This document shows, in pieces, positions 57,917 through 64,000 of a stretch of 64,000 nucleotides of DNA. The DNA comes from Octopus vulgaris (Eukaryota): NCBI GenBank assembly GCA_951406725.2, contig OX597816.1:86738001-86802000 (forward strand), in the 5' to 3' direction. Within the stretch, counting starts at the first letter, position 1; every line of letters starts with the position of its first letter. The translations under genes and the position numbers were made by a program. The notes beneath the pieces are model-generated. The model was not told the DNA's origin and made no database searches. It saw only the letters and a program-made list of their open reading frames with translations.

Positions 57917-59509
57917 GAGCGAGACAAGTAATGCCTACGTAACTCATAGATTGTTCCCAGGAATATTTTACCAAAACGGACAACTTACTCTTTTCAAATA
58001 GTCTGCGATGTTCCCACTTGCTGTTTGGAGATAGCAGGATATGCTGTTTGTAGACGATCCATCGTGCACCAAACCTATTACGAAGATTGTCTCACTTTGG
58101 AAAACTTTGCCAGGAAGTGTGTCATTTTCTTCTGTCTAAAATAGAAGATTAAATGTTGCCTCGACTAGGTCTTGTCAGCTTTAACAAAGCCGTTGATATT
58201 CATATTAACTAGACAATACCTAAGTGACATTAATGTGACATTGTAACATATCATACAGCAAAAATTATATTTATTATTATACATGGGAACGCATTTAATA
58301 GAGAGAATTAAATACTATTAACTTATTTTAAATTGTTAATAATACAAATCTCTCAAATTTATCTGACACTAATTGTTTTGAGAGATATGAATGAGTAACA
58401 TTTAGGAAATTTTCTGAAAGAATTTCAGTATTAAATCGTCTAGTTAACAAAAGCCACTTGTTTCTAAACTAGATAATCGACATTTCAAAATCAAATTATA
58501 TTCACTTCATCTGGTGCAACCAATAACATGTGCTTTTACTAGAAGACTTGTACAACTTTCAGTTAAGCAGTGATACTTTCCAGTAGAATTAAGTCTCTAG
58601 ATAATATATTATATCTATTACTATATAATAAAGACGAAATATAACTTTATTTGTAAACTCCATTCCTCCAATTGCTATGTGGTCAACGTCTCTTACACAA
58701 GACAACGAGCAATTGCCAGTTTTTAATGGGTCCCACCAACTTATTTCTTTGTAATTGAGTTTTTCATTACAAAAGGGACAATGTTCACTTGGGTATTTTT
58801 CAGGTGGATGATCATCTTGAATACCTAAAGATCAATGTTTTCAAAGAAAATATATGTGGGAAGGAAATTTCGAAGGATTGCGGTCTTGTGTATGGATATG
58901 GTGAATAGTGCAGTTAGCGGGTATTTTTTATATTACGAAAGAGATTATAGACATGTACAATGTGAGAAGAAAAAAAAAGAAAAGAAGTGCGTATGCTTTC
59001 TTAGAATAATAGTGCATTGGTGACTGGATATGGCCTAAGATATATATCTTTCTAGCAGCTGTTTGAACTAATAAACGTAAACAATGCTCTAATGTTGATC
59101 TTATTTCACCTTTGCAGAGCTGAAGTATGACTCAGTTAAGCTGAATGCATTGAGTCAAGAGATATTTATAAAAAGGAATGTTCTGCAATATATACTGGCC
59201 ATTTGCAAAATACCAGCCGTTTTAGAAGCCTGGAACATTTAAGGGCCTAAATTGAACGGAAATAAAGTTTTCTGGAATGTTCTACTTCCTAGTCGGTTGT
59301 GAGATTTATCAATATTATAGAACATTTAATGTTTAACAGAACTAAGAGCTTTTTTCTTCCTATATTTGTTTTAGTGTCTTCCTCTTACGGTAGAACAATG
59401 TGTCACATATCAAACAATGTGAAGTCAAACGGCAGTTAATGGAAGACACAGATTATATGATGCTGTTAAAAGGGAGTGTCATATGCAAAACAAACATTTG
59501 ACGCTTGGT

Positions 59510-59571
<62 letters not shown>

Positions 59572-59584
59572 TGCAGTTCTTTCT

Positions 59585-59790
59585 AATTTTTGGCTCACAG
59601 ACAGGAACTTTACGAGAAAGTTAAGTTCATTAGGGTGAGCGCAGTACTTGATTGGTATTTATTATATTAACCCCGAAAGAATGAAAGACGAAGTCGACTT
59701 CGAGGGATCTCAGAGCGACGCGATGGACGAAATGCTAGGCGGCATTTCATCCGGCGCTCTAATGATTCTGCTAGATTCAACACTAACAAA

Positions 59791-59827
<37 letters not shown>

Positions 59828-59950
59828 TCCATTCTACCATAGTCACAAGGCCTGAAATTTGAGGGGAGGGGGACAGTTGATATCACTGACCCCAGTGTTT
59901 CACGGTTACTTAATTTATCTTCCTCGAAAGGATGAAAGGCAAAGTGGATC
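59585..59950 (-). mobile_element. Two SINE copies/fragments separated by (AAT)n
   Basis: CCCGAAAGAATGAAAGACGAAGTCGAC...GACGAAATGCTAGGCGGCATTT and CTCGAAAGGATGAAAGGCAAAGTGGATCTC. Confidence 0.75.
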
Positions 59951-60228
59951 TCAATGGAAATCTTCTAATATAATAATGAGCATAGTGTTTATATATATAT
60001 ATATATATATATATTTGTCCAAAATGACACAGTAGTAGGGAGTGAGAGAAAGAGTAGTATAAGTAAAGGGAGAGGAGAGAAAATAGTAATTCAGTGAAGG
60101 AGAAGTAGTGAGAGTAATAGCCGTGACTGAGAGAGAGTGAGAGAAAGTAATAGCAATGAGAGTGAAAGTAATTGCTGTGATACGAACACAGTTTAGGAGT
60201 GTATTTATATATATTTTTGTCATCATGT

Positions 60229-60265
<37 letters not shown>

Positions 60266-60468
60266 TACATATATAGGTATTTATATATGTGTATGTATAT
60301 GTATATATATGTACATATATATGTATGTATGGATATATATATATATATATGAATAATTTACAAAATAAGAGCAAAAACAATATTCTAATGCTAAATATGC
60401 CGATAAAAAGACAAAATTGTCAATAACGTCTCGAAACAAACCGATAGAAATTTCTTAAAAATCTGTTA

Positions 60469-60529
60469 TTACCGTATTGGTCCCAATTTCGGGGTTAATT
60501 CATAAAAATGTTCCCCTCTTCAGCGATAA
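60469..60529 (-). ncRNA. Type I hammerhead with intact core (left arm)
   Basis: TTATCG CTGAAGA GGGG AACATTTTTATGAATTAA CCCC GAAA TTGG GA CCAA TA CGGTAA. Confidence 0.87.
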
Positions 60530-60561
60530 ATACGTGAGATATAAGTGAAATACTTACGTAT

Positions 60562-60622
60562 TTATCGCTGAAGAGGGGAAAATTCTTATGAATTAACCCC
60601 GAAATTGGGACCAATACGGTAA
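60562..60622 (+). ncRNA. Type I hammerhead with intact core (right arm)
   Basis: TTATCG CTGAAGA GGGG AAA ATTC TTAT GAAT TAA CCCC GAAA TTGG GA CCAA TA CGGTAA. AUA site. Confidence 0.9.
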
Positions 60623-60839
60623 TAACAGATTTTAAAGAAATTTCTATCGGATTGTTTCGAGACGCATAAATTATAATGGTTATTGACAATTTTGTCGTTT
60701 TATCGGCATATTTGGCATTAGAATGTTGCTTTTGCCCTTATTTTGTAAATTATTTATAAATTTAACCTTTAAAGGTATTTTTTGATATGCTGGCCATTGA
60801 TAAAAATTTTTTCACGAAAAAAATTTTATCCTACATTAG

Positions 60840-60893
<54 letters not shown>

Positions 60894-61245
60894 GATGAGG
60901 TAAATATAACAATGTTAGCAATCAAATATGTATTCTTTATTCCAACATAAGACCTTGGGAACGGTTCTGAAATAAATGTTAACAGGTTTATCATTTAAAA
61001 GAAAAGTTAGTAAGAAACTTGATACCATCATATGCAACACATGCTACTACATTATGTATGCCTACAGAAGCTTCCTTATACACCCCAAGGAATCATTTCA
61101 CAGGTGAAATGCTTTTTTTACACTTTAGGAAGATCATTTGGTGGTAGGGTTCACTAGAAAGCAATTACTAAGATAAAGTTTGTAATCTTTTAATTTTATT
61201 TTCCGTATTATTTTCATGCTGTTATTTCTGACGGCACAAGTACAC

Positions 61246-61326
<81 letters not shown>

Positions 61327-61364
61327 TAATAAGAATAACAATAATAATAAGAAGAAGAAGGAGT

Positions 61365-61395
<31 letters not shown>

Positions 61396-61743
61396 GAAGG
61401 AGGAGGAGAAGAAGAAGAAGAAGAAGAAGAAGAAGAAGAAGAAGGAGGAGCAGGGGGAGGAGGAGGAGGAGGAGAAGAAGGAGAAGAAGGAGAAGAAGGA
61501 GAAGAAGGAGAAGAAGGAGAAGAAGGAGAAGAAGAAGAAGAAGAAGAGGAGGAGTAGGAAGAAGAAGAAGAAGAAGAAGAAGAAGAAGGAGAAGAAGAAG
61601 AAGAAGAAGAAGAAGAAGAAGAAGAAGGAGAAGAAGAAGAAGAAGAAGAAGAAGAAGAAGAAGAAGAAGAAGAAGAAGAAGAAGAAGAAGAAGAAGAAGA
61701 AGAAGAAGAAGAAGAAGAAGAAGAAGAAGAAGAAGAAGAAGAA
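61246..61743 (+). repeat. ~500-bp (AAT)n-(GAA/GGA)n compound microsatellite
   Basis: Direct reading. It explains the poly-F/S/R ORFs here. Confidence 0.98.
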
Positions 61744-62115
61744 AACTGGAACAACAAAATATGAATGATAAAACGATGGCAAGAAAATCGCTTATAAGGC
61801 AAATATTGGGCTAAACTAATCAAAAAAGAAGTAGACAAAGTAAAATTGCAAGAATGGCTGAGAAATTCAGGATTAGAAGCAGAGACTGAAGGATATTTAA
61901 TTGCAGCAGAAGATCAAAACCTCCCTACCACAAATCACAAATCACTCATAATGTCTCTGGCCGCCAAGTTCTGGCTAAGAAAGAATATATTCACTGACAC
62001 GACAGAGTTGGGGCTTATATACACGAGAGTTGGGACTTATATGCTAACACTACGAAACAGAAAAAAAGATAGTATATGAACACCCCAGAAAAGGTCACAG
62101 AAAATGAGAAGGCCT
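61744..62115 (+). mobile_element. R4/Dong-clade internal fragment
   Basis: KRWQENRL*GKYWAKL...QEWLRNSGLEAETEGYLIAAEDQNLPTTNH matches the clade's post-RT 'LHG...WL...ETEG...AAQDQ' segment. Confidence 0.8.
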
Positions 62116-62239
62116 TCCTTTAATCTTGTTTTTTTCAATCACAAGTTCATTAGTAAACTTTTTCGTTCTTTTCAGAGCAAATTACTATTTTCTTGATCAG
62201 ATCGGTTCTGATGCTATACAACATCAATCAATAAAGACT

Positions 62240-62447
62240 AAGGCGGCGATCTGGCAGAACTGTTACCACGCCAAGTATAATGCTTAACGGCATTTCGTCT
62301 GTGTTTATGTTTAAATTCTGCTAATGTCGACTTAGCTTTTCATCCTTTTGAGGTCGATAAAATAAGTCCCAGTAGAGCAGTGGAATCGATGTTTTCGATT
62401 TATCCACTCAATTACATTGCTGGCTTTGTGCCAAAATTTGAAGCCAA
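62240..62447 (+). mobile_element. tRNA-derived SINE
   Basis: AAGGCGGCGATCTGGCAGAAC...GCTTTTCATCCTTTTGAGGTCGATAAAATAAGT...GTGCCAAAATTTGAA. Confidence 0.85.
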
Positions 62448-64000
62448 TAATGTGTGAAGAGTAAAATGAGATCTCATGGTGTTCATGCTATTATATGAAC
62501 AAGAATATTTTCATAGTAAATTTTGAAGACCTGTTTTAACAACGAATCAAGGCGGAACTGAACACAGCAGAAAGAGTACTTACCTTATTCTCAACACCAC
62601 TCGTTTCAATTTTGCAAGCAATAGATACTGCGATTTCTTTATTTTTAGTTCTTCTTTGTATTACATCTGGTTTTGCTTAAGCGGAAGTACAGATGTGGCA
62701 TTTAGGCTTCTCATTCACTAAAAGCTTGTATAATTATAGGTTTGGCAATTTCAATAAAAGCTTTTACCTTTTCCATCTATGTTCAGTTTTACTTTTCATT
62801 AGTTTAAATGCATACATGTATGATATAAACGATGTAAGATTTAATTAAAATAGCTCGAATGGCAGAATCAAAATTGATACTAAAGTCTTTGTGGATAGTG
62901 TTCTCCTTAGAATAGATATGCCAGTGAAGATTTTCTATCTAGAAAGGCCACATCTTAATTTACTTTATTCATATGTTTATTGTTATTTCATTTATTCTTT
63001 TTATTTCAGAAAACACACATTTTCAGTCTTACAGGAACTATATGAGGCAGTTTCGTTTCCTCTCCGAGTTCGTTTTCAGTCTATTGGAGCTAATAAATTA
63101 CCGACAGCAGAGAAATTTGTACACCATGCATTTAATACATAGTCAATTGCATGACATTGACTGAAGAAAACAGTAATTTCGAAAATGTTTCATTTCTCAT
63201 TTCATAAGCAGTTCACTGTGGTAAAGGTTACGCTGGCATTAAACGCAGAAAAATGTATGCCTCAAAATTTCTGCAAGTGTTATTTTCTCTATTTTCTTTT
63301 TAATTCAACAATTTTTTGAAGTAGTGAATCTTCAAAAATTCTGAGATTATTCACTTGCAACAAATAAGAAGAAACACGCTTAGATTTGTTTTATTAGTTA
63401 ATCAGATTACTAACTTGAGGTGGCAAATTTGGGCATAGAAGAAAATTACAGAATATATGCACACGTACATACGCCTATACGTACATACATATATATATAT
63501 ATGCATACACACACACACCGATATATACATGCACATATATACACATACAAACATTCATATATATGTGTATACATATGCACACTGACTCACACGCATGTGC
63601 ACAAACAAACAAACAAAAACAGAGCTCCAACAACGGACAAAGTTAACGACTATTGAAGCCGTTGCATTTATCTTAAATCATGCATGATTGGTTGCAAAAT
63701 TAATAGAATGCTATGTAAAAATGCTAAGTACTCTCTAAGTCATTTCACGTACAGAGTCTGAATTTGCGCAGTGTCAAATTTTATATTCATCCATTGCATT
63801 CGATTAAATTGGTAGCAGTTATTTACAGAGAACAACTGTAATAACTCTCTTTTCTAAAACTTGCGTGGTTGATCCTTATGGAGGAAATCCCTATTTTATT
63901 TTATAGAGAAGCATGAATTTAAACAGAAATATATAGTTTGTTTTTATTAAATTTAATGGTGCTAGATCTTGCTCAAAATTGTGGACACTAAAATAATCGT

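Larger units (their letters stand above)
60352..60754. repeat. (TA)n-flanked foldback with ~190-200-bp arms
   Basis: 60352-60538 is the diverged reverse complement of 60552-60754. The cassette continues to 60840, then (TA)n. Confidence 0.92.

Noticed and set aside
57700-58200. GA-repeat plus non-repetitive, CpG-richer stretch suggestive of a promoter or 5' exon
   Set aside because: No ORF or splice evidence. Needs RNA-seq or CAGE.
58614-58935. Helitron-like start TCTATTACTATATAATAAAG
   Set aside because: No clear 3' hairpin plus CTAG terminus.

Overview
AT-rich, microsatellite-laden animal DNA. The SINE families and repeat landscape suggest a cephalopod, probably Octopus (inference). I see no intact host gene: nearly all supplied ORFs are microsatellite translations or broken transposon frames. 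The window holds decayed mobile elements: three Tc1/mariner-superfamily relics, a near full-length R4/Dong-clade retrotransposon plus two fragments beside (TAA)n/(GAA)n tracts, RTE and CR1/L2 relics, a Penelope GIY-YIG fragment and many tRNA-derived SINEs. The main signal, invisible to the ORF track, is about 14 minimal type I hammerhead ribozyme motifs (5 with canonical intact cores, 3 with a compensatory U3-A8 core) plus half-motifs. Most sit in non-coding cassettes next to (TA)n tracts, several of which are partial tandems (periods 362, 459, 558 bp) and/or long foldbacks. This fits a large, diverse population of retrozyme-like or Penelope-terminal-repeat elements. One family links a Penelope ORF end, a tRNA-like Pol III module, (AAT)n and a hammerhead. 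All alignments and folds were done by eye; coordinates may be off by a few bases.
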